64,000 nt of DNA from Eledone cirrhosa. Taxonomy: Eukaryota. Under the pieces are notes generated by a model that saw only the letters and a list, made by a program, of their open reading frames with translations, ran no database searches and had not been told where the DNA came from. The DNA lies in the NCBI GenBank assembly GCA_964016885.1, contig OZ024743.1, positions 86,862,001-86,926,000 of the forward strand, in the 5' to 3' direction. The position numbers and the translations under genes are program-made. This document shows positions 16,779 through 30,009 of the stretch, one piece after another (the stretch's first letter is position 1; each line of letters opens with the position of its first letter).

Positions 16779-18006
16779 TCTACATATATTTAAATCTGCA
16801 CAGATGCAAACACGAACAAAAGAAAATTCTGTATTTTATGCAGATGTTTTCATGAAATATAATAGTGAAAACCTCGTGTTTATTAATATTACTACATCAA
16901 TTTGAAGGATTTCTAATTGCATTCATTGTTTAGATCTTATATATTTTAGAAAACATTAATAATGTTTTTAAAAAAAATGCTTATTTATCACAACTTGAGA
17001 AACCGTAATGATTTAAATGCAAGAAGAAGAAGCATTTTAAAAACCATCTTTAGGAAAATTACTAATAGCACACAGAAAATAAAATAACAAATTTTAAGAG
17101 GATATTTTTTTCTTTGTTATAATTAAATATTGGTTGCTGAGAAGTACCAGAACGTTTTGATGGGAGTCTTAAAAGAAGACATATTGCAATTTCCCCAGCC
17201 TAGAGATCTCATACAGATCCAAATTAGTTTCAGACATATGACCTAATGTAATAAATCCAAAGGTTTAGAAGGAATTTAAAACATGTTTTACATTTATACT
17301 TTTTACGCGCGTTTCAACAATTTCTTGGTATAACTTTACCAATTTTGATTTTTCAATCAATCACTCACGTTATGACCTAATATATACATGTTTTTTTTTG
17401 TTTTTCTGGAAAGAAAAGATTTTTTTAATTACTAATATTTTTATAGATGAAAGAGCTGGTAAAATATTTTTCCCGAAAGCATAGAAAAAAAAAGAAACAG
17501 TAACAGGATACATATCACTCAATTGCAAAAGATTAAAACGAAAATGTCATCTAATTATTTGGAAATCGTGTAAGAAAGGACGAAGGATGTTTTTTGAAAG
17601 ATAAATTTTCGATAACACGACTAAAAATATATGACTGGCTAACTGACATTTCATTAACGATCTTCACAAAACCAGAGAGAGATAGGCAAAAAATCATTGT
17701 AGTAGCTATTATCATTAATGGAAAGAATATATATATATATATATATATATATAAAGAGAGAGTAAGATATATTTAGAGGGAGCGAAAGATGTGTAGGTTG
17801 AGAATATGTATATTAACAGTTTGACTTCTTCATTACATTGCACTACCGGTGGTTTTATAGACGTCAACAAACCTAGCTTCAGGTGAATTCTGAATACGAT
17901 ATCTATATACATTTAATATATATATGTATATATACATTAATATATATATATATATATATAGTGTTATAGGAATAACCAAAGAGTGCTTAGAAATACATTG
18001 TTTTAT

Positions 18007-18054
18007 TAGCTAACAGTGTTTCATCCATACACCATGGCAGGAATCTTCAGAGCC
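18007..18054 (-). ncRNA. Type I hammerhead ribozyme candidate in a Penelope-like 3' end
   Basis: Minus: ggct-CTGAAGA-tTCC...GGAt-GAAAC act GTT-agct, followed by AATAAA, a ~45-nt tail and (TA)n at 17960. Confidence 0.7.
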
Positions 18055-18197
18055 TATAAACATGAGTATATCAGTAGTTGCATGCTCCATTGAGCTGCGT
18101 CACCAGAACAAGGTTAAATGACCAGCAGGGGAATCCCGAGGCTAGCGCTATATGGAAAAAGACAGAATACATGATGCACATAATGTCATAAAATGTC

Positions 18198-18283
18198 TTA
18201 AAAATTAAAAATTAAAAATTAAAAATTAAAAATTAAAAATTAAAAATTAAAAATTAAAAATTAAAAATTAAAAATTAAAAATT
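18198..18283. repeat. (AAAAATT)n heptamer repeat
   Basis: About 12 perfect units. Confidence 0.9.
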
Positions 18284-18462
18284 ACACCAAAGATTTATCA
18301 CTTAGATGGTGCAATAGATGATAAAGAGGTTGTGAGAGGGTAGCACTATAACTATAACGGCTCTGTAGTATACTAGTTATCCTACATTGTCATACCAAGG
18401 GCAATATATCTACATTTCTGGGCATATTGATATATTTGTCAACGAAATATATATATAAATAA

Positions 18463-18537
<75 letters not shown>

Positions 18538-18917
18538 CTACAGTTTAATGAAAAGAAGGAAAGAAATATGTTGAATGTTTGAATCTCCGGAGAAATGTTT
18601 GACCAACATGATATTAAGAAATACCAGATATAATGAATTAAATCTTAAAATATCACAAACCAAACCACCCAGTTTCTCATTGGATGGTGTTAAAAGAGTC
18701 GTGGGAAGGAGGAGGAAGAAGAAAAGGAAGAGGAGGAGGAGGATGTGAAGAGGAGGGGAGGAGGAGGAGGTGAAGAGGAGGAGGAGGAGGAGGAGGAGGT
18801 AGAAAAGTTGAACTAATGTTTAATGATGATCGTTCATTCATCATTATTTCCTCTGACACAACAATATTGCAGACATTCGCCATTTTATTAATATGGCACA
18901 TAGTCGCTGTTGATTAT

Positions 18918-19352
18918 GTAGGATGTGTGTTGTGTAGGGATGTCATAGAATGTGTGTTGTGTAGGAATTATATATAGTGTGTTGTGTAAGGATGTCATAG
19001 TGTGTGTTGTGTAAGGATGTCATAGAATGTGTGATGTCTAGGGATTTTATAGTGTGTTGTGTAGGGTTGTCATAGAATGTGTGTTGTGTAGCGATTTCAT
19101 AGTGTGCTGTGTAAAGATTTCATAGAATGTTTATTGTGTAAAGATTTCATAGAATGTTTGTTGTGTAAAGATTTCATAAAGTGTGTGTTAAATAGGGATT
19201 TTATAGAGTGTTTGTTGTGTAAGGATTTTATAAAGTGTGTACTGTGTAAAGATTTCATAGAATGTGTGTTATGTAGGGATTTATAAAGTGTGTTGTGTAA
19301 ACATTTCATAGAATGTTTGTTATGTAGGGATTTTAAAGAATATGTATTGTGC
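18918..19352. repeat. ~30-bp minisatellite
   Basis: Units like 'tgttgtgtaaagatttcatagaatgtg', about 14 copies. Confidence 0.85.
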
Positions 19353-20140
19353 AAGTTATATGAATTTTAGTTGGTGTGTGGCTTCTTTCCGAGCGTAGAA
19401 TGTTGTGAGGGCATTTTATAAAATATGGGTTATGTAAGTTATATGAATTCTAGTTGGTGTGTGGTTTCTGTTGTAGTATGGTGTGTTGATTATGTAGAGT
19501 AAGTGTTGTGAGTGCATTTTATAAAATATGTGTTGTGGTACGTTAAGTTGTGTGAATACAGTTGGTGTGTGGTTTTTGTTAGAGTGTCGGATGTTTGTTA
19601 TATAAAATATGTGCTGTGTGGGTTGTATGGATTCTAGTTGACATGTAACTTCTATTAGAGTGTTGAGTATTGATTATATAGAATATGTGCTATGTAGGTA
19701 TTTTATAGATTATGTTTTGTATGAGTTATGTGAATTCTAGTTGGTGTGTCTTCTGTTACAACGTCAGATGTTGATTATACAAATTATGCAATGCATGTGG
19801 AAATTTGTAGAATATGCGTTGTGTAAATTCTAGTTGCTGTGTGCCTTCTGTTACAACGTCAGATGTTGATTATACAAAATATGCAATGTGTGCGGAAATT
19901 TGTAGAATATGCGTTGTGTAAATTCTAGTTGGTGTGTCTTCTGTTACAACGTCAGATGTTGATTATACAAAATATGCAATGTGTGCGGAAATTTGTAGAA
20001 TATGCGTTGTGTAAATTCTAGTTGGTGTGTCTTCTGTTACAACGTCAGATGTTGATTATACAAAATATGCAATGTGTGCGGAAATTTGTAGAATATGCGT
20101 TGTGTAAATTCTAGCTGGTGTGTGCCTTCTGTTACATCGT
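19353..20140. repeat. ~94-bp tandem repeat
   Basis: 'ttctagttggtgtgtcttctgttacaacgtcagatgttgattatacaaaatatgc...' near-identical at ~19735, 19828, 19923, 20016; older copies upstream. Confidence 0.85.
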
Positions 20141-20382
20141 TGAATGTGGATTATATCGAATGTGAGATGTGTAAGGGTTTTAGAAAATATGTGTTGTATT
20201 GGTTGTATTATAATGGTAGTGTTGTTTATGTTTTGTGTGAGTTGTGTAGAGTGTACACGGGGTGTGTGTGTCTGTGTGTGTGTATGTGTGTGTGTATATG
20301 TGTGTGTGTATGTGTGTATGTGTGTATGTGTGTGTGTATGTATGTGTGTGCGTGTGTGTGTATATATGTGTGTGTGTATGTA

Positions 20383-20413
<31 letters not shown>

Positions 20414-20818
20414 ATGTATGTATGTATGTATGTATGTATGTATGTGTGTGTATGTATGTATGTGTGTGCGCGTGTGTGTGTGTGTGTGTGTGTATGTGTG
20501 TGTGTATGCATGTATGTATGTGTGTGTGTGTATATGTATGTATGTGCGCGTGTGTGTGTATGTATGTGTGTATGTGTGTGTGTATGTGTGTGTACGTATG
20601 TGTGTGTGTGTGTATGTATGTGTGTGTATGCGTGTGTGTGTTGTGTGTGTTGTATCATTTGACTTGTTGGGGCCAAGAGGATCACTAAATGGCCTGCTAA
20701 GGTCTTGGTTTACCTTCTTTATCAGATTTAACGCAACAATTATTAGTATTATCTTTGTGGTTAATAAAGAAATCATTATTATATCTTTCTTTCTAGATCA
20801 TTGTACACAGGTTTTGTA

Positions 20819-20819
<1 letters not shown>

Positions 20820-20866
<47 letters not shown>

Positions 20867-21018
20867 TAGTAGTAGTAGTGGTAGTAGTAGTGGTAGTGGT
20901 AGTAGTAGTAGTAGTGGTGGTAGTAGTAGTAGTAGTGGTAGTAGTGGTAGTAGTGGTAGTAGTAGTTGTAGTAGTAGTAGTGGTAGTAGTAGTAGTAGTT
21001 GTGGTGGTAGTAGTAGTG

Positions 21019-21061
<43 letters not shown>

Positions 21062-21180
21062 TAGTAGTAGTAGTGGTAGTAGTAGTAGTAGTGGTAGTAG
21101 TAGTAGTAGTGGTAGTAGTAGTTGTAGTAGTAGTAGTGGTAGTAGTAGTAGTAGTAGTTGTGGTGGTAGTAGTAGTAGTG

Positions 21181-21226
<46 letters not shown>

Positions 21227-21238
21227 TAGTAGTTGTTG
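20820..21238. repeat. (AGT/GGT)n trinucleotide tract
   Basis: Direct reading. Confidence 0.95.
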
Positions 21239-21257
21239 TTCTTTTTCTTCTTCTTCT

Positions 21258-21385
21258 TTCGAAGTCACATTTGCCCTTCATCGATTCGGGTAGCCAATAA
21301 AATAAAGTAACAATAAAGGACTGGGGTCGATATTATTGGCTTTCCCCTTCCCCCAAATTACTGGCCTTGTGTTTAATGTAGATGT
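21258..21385 (+). mobile_element. SINE 3' half
   Basis: tttgcccttcatcgattcgggta...ggggtcgat...ttactggccttgtg. Confidence 0.55.
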
Positions 21386-21672
21386 CATTACCATTATTAT
21401 CATCCCCACCATCAGCATCCCCATCATTGATTGCTGTTGTTGTGACTAACAGTATTAAACAATCGTTAACCAATGGCAGATGAAGATGATAATCCCTAAG
21501 AGTGGATTTCATTTTCTATGTTCCTTCCTTATTGAAGCTCTTCTATTATATGGAAGAGCAGGAGGATAACATGTTGGGAAGTGAGTGAGAGAGAAAGTAG
21601 GACAAATATATACATACTTACATGCATACATGCACATGCACATGCACGAATACACGCACACGCACACGCACG

Positions 21673-22017
<345 letters not shown>

Positions 22018-22767
22018 TATATATACACCGACACACACAGACACTCGGACACACAGACACTCGGACACACAGACATGCACGTAGAGTTAATTCTGTTTCG
22101 CTTCTAACCAAATCTGTTCACAGCTAGTTGTGAACATGTTCACTTACAGCAAAAACAGAACATGTGATAAAAACTGTAGAATATACATGACAATAAGAAA
22201 AGGAATAGGAGAAAAGAAAAAGAGAGAATTAAGCAATGAAAGAAAGGGGAAGATGAGGAAAGGGACAGGCTCTACAGAAATATCTTTGTAAAGTAATTAC
22301 CAAACAGAATATAACACAAAATACACAGGCGCACACAAACATACTTATATACTAACACGTACAAACTCACATATACAATCACACACAGATGCACACACAC
22401 AGACGCATACACAAACTCACGCATACAAACACAGACGCATATCCAAACTCACACACACACGTACAAACACACACACAGTCGCACACATCCATACACTGAC
22501 ACGTACAAACACACACACATATTGTTAACGTCACTTTACTACATAATATGAGGTTTAGGTTTTAATGGACAGATCTATGCATTCGTAATAAAAAAAAGAA
22601 ACTCTTGTCAGATGGCGAAACTTGTAATCTAAAAGTTTTCAGGGTTGTGGGGTCGTTGTGTGATGTCCAAGACCATGTTAATGTTAGATTGACAAAATAC
22701 GGAAACAAAAGCGAAAACAATATAGGAAATGAAACAATATGAAACTTGTATATACTTTAAAGTTCCT

Positions 22768-22798
<31 letters not shown>

Positions 22799-23082
22799 AA
22801 GAAGAAGAAGAAGAAGAAGAAGAAGATACGGAGAGAGAGATAAATAAGTAGACGGATAGACTGATAGGTAGACATGTGGGTGGGAAGATAGATAGATAAA
22901 TATAATACATATATACACATAGATGTATATATAAAGTATCTTGTAGTATATAAAGATGATTTCTATGATATATCAACTACTTTCTGTTCGAGATTCCCTG
23001 ATATATTGAGCTTTTCTTGACTCCAACGTCAACAACAACTACATTAGACAGAAAGGAAAAGCAGGAAAAAAGGAGACTGACA

Positions 23083-23131
<49 letters not shown>

Positions 23132-23151
23132 TGTAGTAATAAAAAAAAAAT

Positions 23152-23292
23152 GTTTCTACTTTTGGCACAAGGCCAGCTATTACCCCAGTGCATTACTGGT
23201 ACGTTATCTTATCGACCCCGTAAGGATGAAAGGCAAAGTCAACCTCGGCGGGATTTGAACTCAGAATGGCAAGGGCCGTAACTCAATGCGTC

Positions 23293-23341
<49 letters not shown>

Positions 23342-23414
23342 ATAGTAGTAGTAGTAGTACAAGCAGTAGTATTAGTAGTAGCAGCAGTAATTGCAGTAGT
23401 AGTAGTAGTAGTAC

Positions 23415-23447
<33 letters not shown>

Positions 23448-24855
23448 CGAGAGATGATGTTCAGGATAATCTTGAATGATAATGACAAGGATGACACTAA
23501 AGGTGTTAATAATTACGATAATGAGGAGGATGATGCCGGTGATAATTACGATAATGAGGAGGTGATGTTGGTGATGTTGGTGATGTTGGTGATGTTGGTG
23601 ATGTTGGTGATGTTGGTGAGGATGATGAGATGAATGTATAAGGGACACAAAAGACTAAAAGAAATGGTAAACACACATTAACCTGTTAACTGACACTTAG
23701 TTTAGTAAACCCACTATTTAACTAGTACTTAGTTTAGTAAACCCAGTATTTAACTAGTACTTAGTTTAGCAAACCCAGTATTTAACTAGTACTTAGTTTA
23801 GTAAACCCAGTATTTAACTAGTACTTAGTTTAGTAAACCCAGTATTTAACTAGTACTTAGTTTAGTAAACCCAGTATTTAACTAGTACTTAGTTTAGTAA
23901 ACTCAGTACCTAACTAGTACTTAGTTTAGTAAACCTCAGTGTTTAACTAGTACTTAGTTTAGTAAACCCCAGTATTTAACTTGTATTTAGTAAACCCCAG
24001 GATTTATATAGTATCGCTCCCGCTCCATTCTGTGGGATGGGATATTGAATTCAAACTAAAATGACATAACTAAATGCTATATAGCATTTCGTCATCTAAT
24101 ATGTAATAATTGTTTCTACTTTCGGCACAAAGCCAGCAATTACCCAGTGTATTACTGGTACTTTATTTTATCGATCCCGTAAGGACGAAAGGCAAAGTTA
24201 ACCTCGGCGGGATTTGAACTCAGAATAGCAAGGGCTGTAACTCAATGCGTCAAAGCATGGTGTCCGACCCTCTACCGATACTGCCAATCCACCGCCCTTA
24301 TTAATATGTAATAATAATAATTGTTTCTACTTTTGGCACAAAGCCAGCAATTACCCAGTGTATTACTGGTACTTTATTTTATCGACCCTCTACCGATACT
24401 GCCAATCCACCACCATAGATCAAGAAGGATTGACGCCACTGTTGCAGCATAAGTACAAACTTTATTGGCATATTACAATTGTTTCGTATAATATGTAATA
24501 TATTTATAACCTCGGCGGCGTTTGAAATCAGAACGTATGTAATAATAATAATTGTTTCTACTTTAGGCACAAGGTCAGCAATTACCCAGTGCATTACTGG
24601 TACTTTATTTTATCGACCCCGTAAGGATGAAAATACTTGTTTCTATTTGAGGCACAAGGCCAGCGTTTATTGGGGAGGGAAAAGTCGATTAAATCGACCC
24701 AGTGCATTACTGGTACTTTATTTTATCAACCTCGTAAAAATGAAAGGCAAAGCTAATCTCGATGAGATTTGAACTCAGAACATAAAGGGCCACAACTCTA
24801 TGCTGCAAAGCTTGGTGCCCGACGTTTTACTGATTCTGCCAATTCATCGACCTTA
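23152..24855 (-). mobile_element. Cluster of about five co-oriented SINE copies and fragments
   Basis: Copies at ~23152-23292, 24105-24300, 24318-24410, 24505-24632, 24636-24855, each with ttgtttctac...ggcacaa.gccagc. Confidence 0.85.
23695..24000. repeat. 32-bp minisatellite (about 9 units)
   Basis: acttagtttagtaaacccagtatttaactagt repeated with no spacers. Confidence 0.9.
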
Positions 24856-24865
24856 TATAATACTA

Positions 24866-24899
<34 letters not shown>

Positions 24900-24902
24900 T
24901 AA

Positions 24903-25105
24903 TAGGATCTTGAATTAGAGATTGAAGAAATGTAGGGTATAAAGGCCACCACTATTTCTGTTGTAGTTGGAGCACTGGGTCTGATAAACAAGGGAACTGA
25001 CAAACTCTTGGATCACATGCCAGGCAAAGCTCGTATAAAAAATTCAAAAAATCGTACTTACTAATATTACCCACATTTTGCGAAGAACATTGTCAATGTA
25101 ATGTT
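24903..25105 (+). mobile_element. R4/Dong-like LINE 3' remnant
   Basis: Translates DLELEIEEM*GIKATTISVVVGALGLINKG..., matching the RLE C-terminus of the 43.7-kb LINE; follows (TAA)n. Confidence 0.7.
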
Positions 25106-25268
25106 GAGAGGGCAAACTACGTTTTACGACAAAAGTGTGCACTTTATCCATTAAATATTTTATAACAATCAGTTATCTATGGAACTGGAAAAATGTGTTA
25201 TAACAAACCATCACCCACCCATGGACCCTGGTTGTGGCCCAGTGGGATGTATGTGAATATCCAAAGAA

Positions 25269-25372
<104 letters not shown>

Positions 25373-25615
25373 TAACAATCTTTTATTGGCTTCAAGGGCC
25401 CAGGAAACTGGGGAAAATGCAAGGACAAAGACATGATAACAACAATAATAATAATGTAGTATAGTTAACATGAAACATTGTGAGATATGTAATAAGTGAT
25501 AAGAACTTCAGAAAACCTTTGTTTATACTTGCCTGAAGATAGCGTCGCATGTATTTGTGCAAAACACAAGCGTACATGCAGCGTTTGAAACCGGAAGTTG
25601 TTGAAGACAAGAACC

Positions 25616-25673
<58 letters not shown>

Positions 25674-25713
25674 CATTGTACAGGCTTTTTGAAGTTTTTA
25701 TCACTTATTAAAT

Positions 25714-25860
25714 AATTGTTTCTACATTTGGCACAAGGCCATCAATTTTGTGAGGAGGGGGGAAAATATCGACTATATTGACTTCATCACTTCACTGATA
25801 CTTTATATACCCCGGGAGAATGAAAGACTAAATTGATCCCACCTGGATTTGAACTCACAA
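25714..25860 (-). mobile_element. SINE, diverged copy
   Basis: aattgtttctacatttggcacaaggcc...ggatttgaactc. Confidence 0.7.
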
Positions 25861-26023
25861 AATCTAATGTAACTAATTGTCACAAGACAATCTCCACTGT
25901 GTTCGTAACTAAGTTTCAAACAACGCAACCTAGAAATGTTTTTTTAAATTTTCAATTGAAGGAACTTATCTATGGTTATCGGCATTTCAATAAATATTTT
26001 TGGCCAAATTTTCCTTCAATGAA

Positions 26024-26096
<73 letters not shown>

Positions 26097-26559
26097 TCTC
26101 TTTTTAAAGTGCACGACGATATATTTCGAAGACAAGCAATCTGGGGATGACTAAAGATTTTCCACAGCGGGTGTTGATTTGGTCATGTTAGGACACCAGA
26201 GAAAAGATAAAACTATAGGCAACTGTTTTCTTTTTAAAATCTGCATATATGAGGGTACTGGGACCTTACATAACAATACTACTAGGGTTTTCATCAACCA
26301 CACATACCGCAGATATACTACTGAAAAAACAACAACCAAAATTATTCTTATGGTTACAAGGCCCCACTTTTGTTGGAAAAGGGTATAAGCAGGTCCTTCA
26401 CCCCCTATTTTTAATGATGACCCTTCAGAGGGAAGCAGGCACCGCCCCATTACTTTTCAATGGTGCACCCTCAGATTTACAAAATAAAGTTTATAAAAAA
26501 CGTCCTGAAATACGTTTCTTGTGAAAGTGTGCCCGTCAAGATTATTCTGAAGCCCATTT

Positions 26560-26706
26560 GAGGACCAAAGACTGACGACGCCTCCTCCCCTACTCATTCA
26601 AAGATCAAAGCCTGGCGACGGCCCCCATCCCACCCAACCGAGGATAAAAGCCTGGTGACGGGCCCTCCCCCACCCATTCGAGGATCAAAACCTGGCGACG
26701 GGCCTG
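26560..26706. repeat. Three ~47-bp subterminal repeats ending in a hAT-like terminus
   Basis: 'gaggat.aaagcctgg.gacgg.ccc' x3; ends ...GGCGACGGGCCTG. Partner TIR not found. Confidence 0.45.
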
Positions 26707-26899
26707 GTATTTAAGTGAATTATATTGTGGGACCAGTACATGATTGTGACATAGTTTTGTCGTCGGTCATAGACGGATATGAGTGAAATACAACTACAAC
26801 AAGATTTCAATTCGCAAGATAAAGGGATATTGATAAACACCACAAGGTATTTCATACGTTTCTGCTAAATCAACTCTATAATAATAACAATACCGAATA

Positions 26900-27080
26900 G
26901 ATTTCTAACATAGGCTCTGAGCCATAAACGAGAAACCCACGTATTTAACTGGTACTTATTTTCTCGACACCCCACAGTATGATGAAATATCATGTTGACA
27001 TCGACGGGATTTGAACTCAGAATGTAGAGGATGTTATTAAATCGACACAGGGGAATTGTTTTGACTCTCTTACGTTTCTA
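26900..27080 (-). mobile_element. SINE, diverged copy
   Basis: gtatttaactggtactt...gacatcgacgggatttgaactcagaa. Confidence 0.65.
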
Positions 27081-27970
27081 TCACTTTAACAATAACAAAT
27101 CAACAGCGACAACAACAAACAGAAACAATCCTACTAATTGGTTCGGCTATCGATGAAAAGGGCGCAAAGAGAAGCCGTGACCCTCATCGATAGTGACTTG
27201 AACATCAATCTAATAAACAACACCACAGAAGTACTGTGTGAGGTGCTCTTGTTGGCTGTAGGCATCAGGAACATAGCATTACAGATGAGTAGAATACGCC
27301 TAGAATTTCTGTGAACTCGACATGCGAGAAAATAGCGCCTTGACGACGAAATATATACGTATTTTGCTTAGAGTTCACTAACGTAGGAGGGTGATAATAA
27401 TTGATAACACAACCGTTTATCCTTTGTAAAACACCAGACGGCATATATTGTCTCATGGTCACAGTGGAGAGAATTGCGAATGTGTTACAGCAGAGGACGC
27501 GTTACCAAGAGGGAGATACACGGGTTTCTTAGGCATGGAATACTGAGTCCCAATGAAACATCCAGTAACTCAAGAGCACCAAGGAACGAACGTAGCACGT
27601 GATATAATCACTACAACGACACGAACAACAGTAAAATTATCAAGGACAACTATATAAATCGCACGACAATTCAGGAAAATGGTCTCCAAAATATACGGTA
27701 CCATTGGGAAAGAAAAAATCGTGAAAACAAATGAGGTTTATAAAAAGAAAAAGATATTTGTCTTGGAGCGACAAAGAAAATATTTTAGTGACATTTTTTC
27801 AAATTAGTTCAGTAATGCCATTTTTATATGGTAATTCAATTCAATGGTAAAGAGTAAAACTATATACAAAATATACTTTATAAATACATATATACATGCA
27901 TATATATATACACATATATATACATATATATATACATGTATATATATATATGCATACACGAATATGTATG

Positions 27971-28006
<36 letters not shown>

Positions 28007-28070
28007 TATAAATACATATCTAATAAAAATAATTCATCATGCTGCCATAATACACACACTTACACTCATG

Positions 28071-28125
<55 letters not shown>

Positions 28126-28145
28126 GTATATGTGTATGTATATAT

Positions 28146-28211
<66 letters not shown>

Positions 28212-28595
28212 AGAATACAGGTGTATGGGAGAGTACCCCAATAATTAATACATGTAATAATGCAGAAATATATACATTAATGTTCAAGAATGAATGATCA
28301 CTAATGTCACCACAAACCTACATATCAGCTCATTACAGCGTGCACTCACATACACACATATATAGGTACATATAGAGGAAAAATAATTTTTTTCTCATAC
28401 AAACAACAATTACGAGGAAACGTTTTTAAAGTTGAAAATACATTTGTCTTTAACCAGTTCCACAGAAAACCCGATTTCACAAAATTTTCTTTGTTTTACA
28501 AAGGTTTTACAAAGTAAATCAGGCATGATAGAACGAAATAAAAAAAATTCTTTAAAGATCCTATGTGCATTTTCAACTAAAACAACGTTTTTCTC

Positions 28596-28684
<89 letters not shown>

Positions 28685-28853
28685 TACATACACACACACA
28701 CACACACATATATATAAATAGACATAAAATTGCATACATATATATATATATATATATATATTTACATATATATATATTTACATATATATATATATATGTA
28801 TGTATAATGCATATATGTATACTTACATACATATATATATATAGATACATAGA

Positions 28854-28905
<52 letters not shown>

Positions 28906-29472
28906 TACACATACATATATACGTACATGCAATCATACCATACATACATACAAACCACAAATACATTGTCTGATCTCTTGTCCTGTATCAGTTAAAATTT
29001 CCAGCATTTTCTATTTCTGTAGTAATGTAAAAATTCTAATAATCCAATCCACTGATATACGTCAAACAATGGCGATTCATTCCTGCATATTTGGTCATCA
29101 GTAATGGCGGCCATTTTATCGGCCTCCAAACTTAATAGAATTCTGGCTTGAGAAGAAGAAAAAAATGTATATACGTTTCCATCATTTAATTAGGCTTTGT
29201 AAAGAGGTTTGACAGTGTGGGTAAAGAACTAAAAAAAAAAAAAAAAAACAGATAAAAAGAAAAATAAATCATTAAACGAACATCTTTTTTATCATTAATT
29301 CTGATATATATTTTTAGTCCGTGTGTCACGGTATGCTCGTGGAATCTTTTTTTTTTCTTTTTCAACTAAATTTTGTTTTGGATAGAAACGTTAGGAAGTC
29401 TGTTCTCATGTATGTTATGTACGTATATGTAATATAGTAATATATGATATATGATATATATATATATATTTA

Positions 29473-29562
<90 letters not shown>

Positions 29563-29579
29563 ATATATATATATATTTA

Positions 29580-29662
<83 letters not shown>

Positions 29663-29829
29663 ATGTATGTATGTAAGCATGTATGTATAATATCAGGAAA
29701 TGTATTCCGAGGCAGTAGTCTCTAATAGAGATCTGATGTTTAGAGCTATGCATTAAGTTGACAAACTGAATTTTAAAAAACCGTTTTAAGCATTAATATA
29801 TTCAAATAAAACATGTGTGTGTGTGTGTA

Positions 29830-29867
<38 letters not shown>

Positions 29868-30009
29868 CGTACATATTCATACATAACTGGTTTGCTTTTT
29901 TTCCTATATTTATATATTTTTATGTGAATGTTTCTAATACTGTGGAGTGAGTCCTATATTTTCCCGCTGTTTTTAGTCGTATTTATTTTTCATCCGATTC
30001 GGAAATCCG

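Noticed and set aside
18677-18901. Pro-rich 74-aa ORF
   Set aside because: Mostly a (GGA)n tract; no supporting splice signals.
23695-24000. 32-bp repeats resembling a CRISPR array
   Set aside because: No unique spacers, no cas genes, eukaryotic context.
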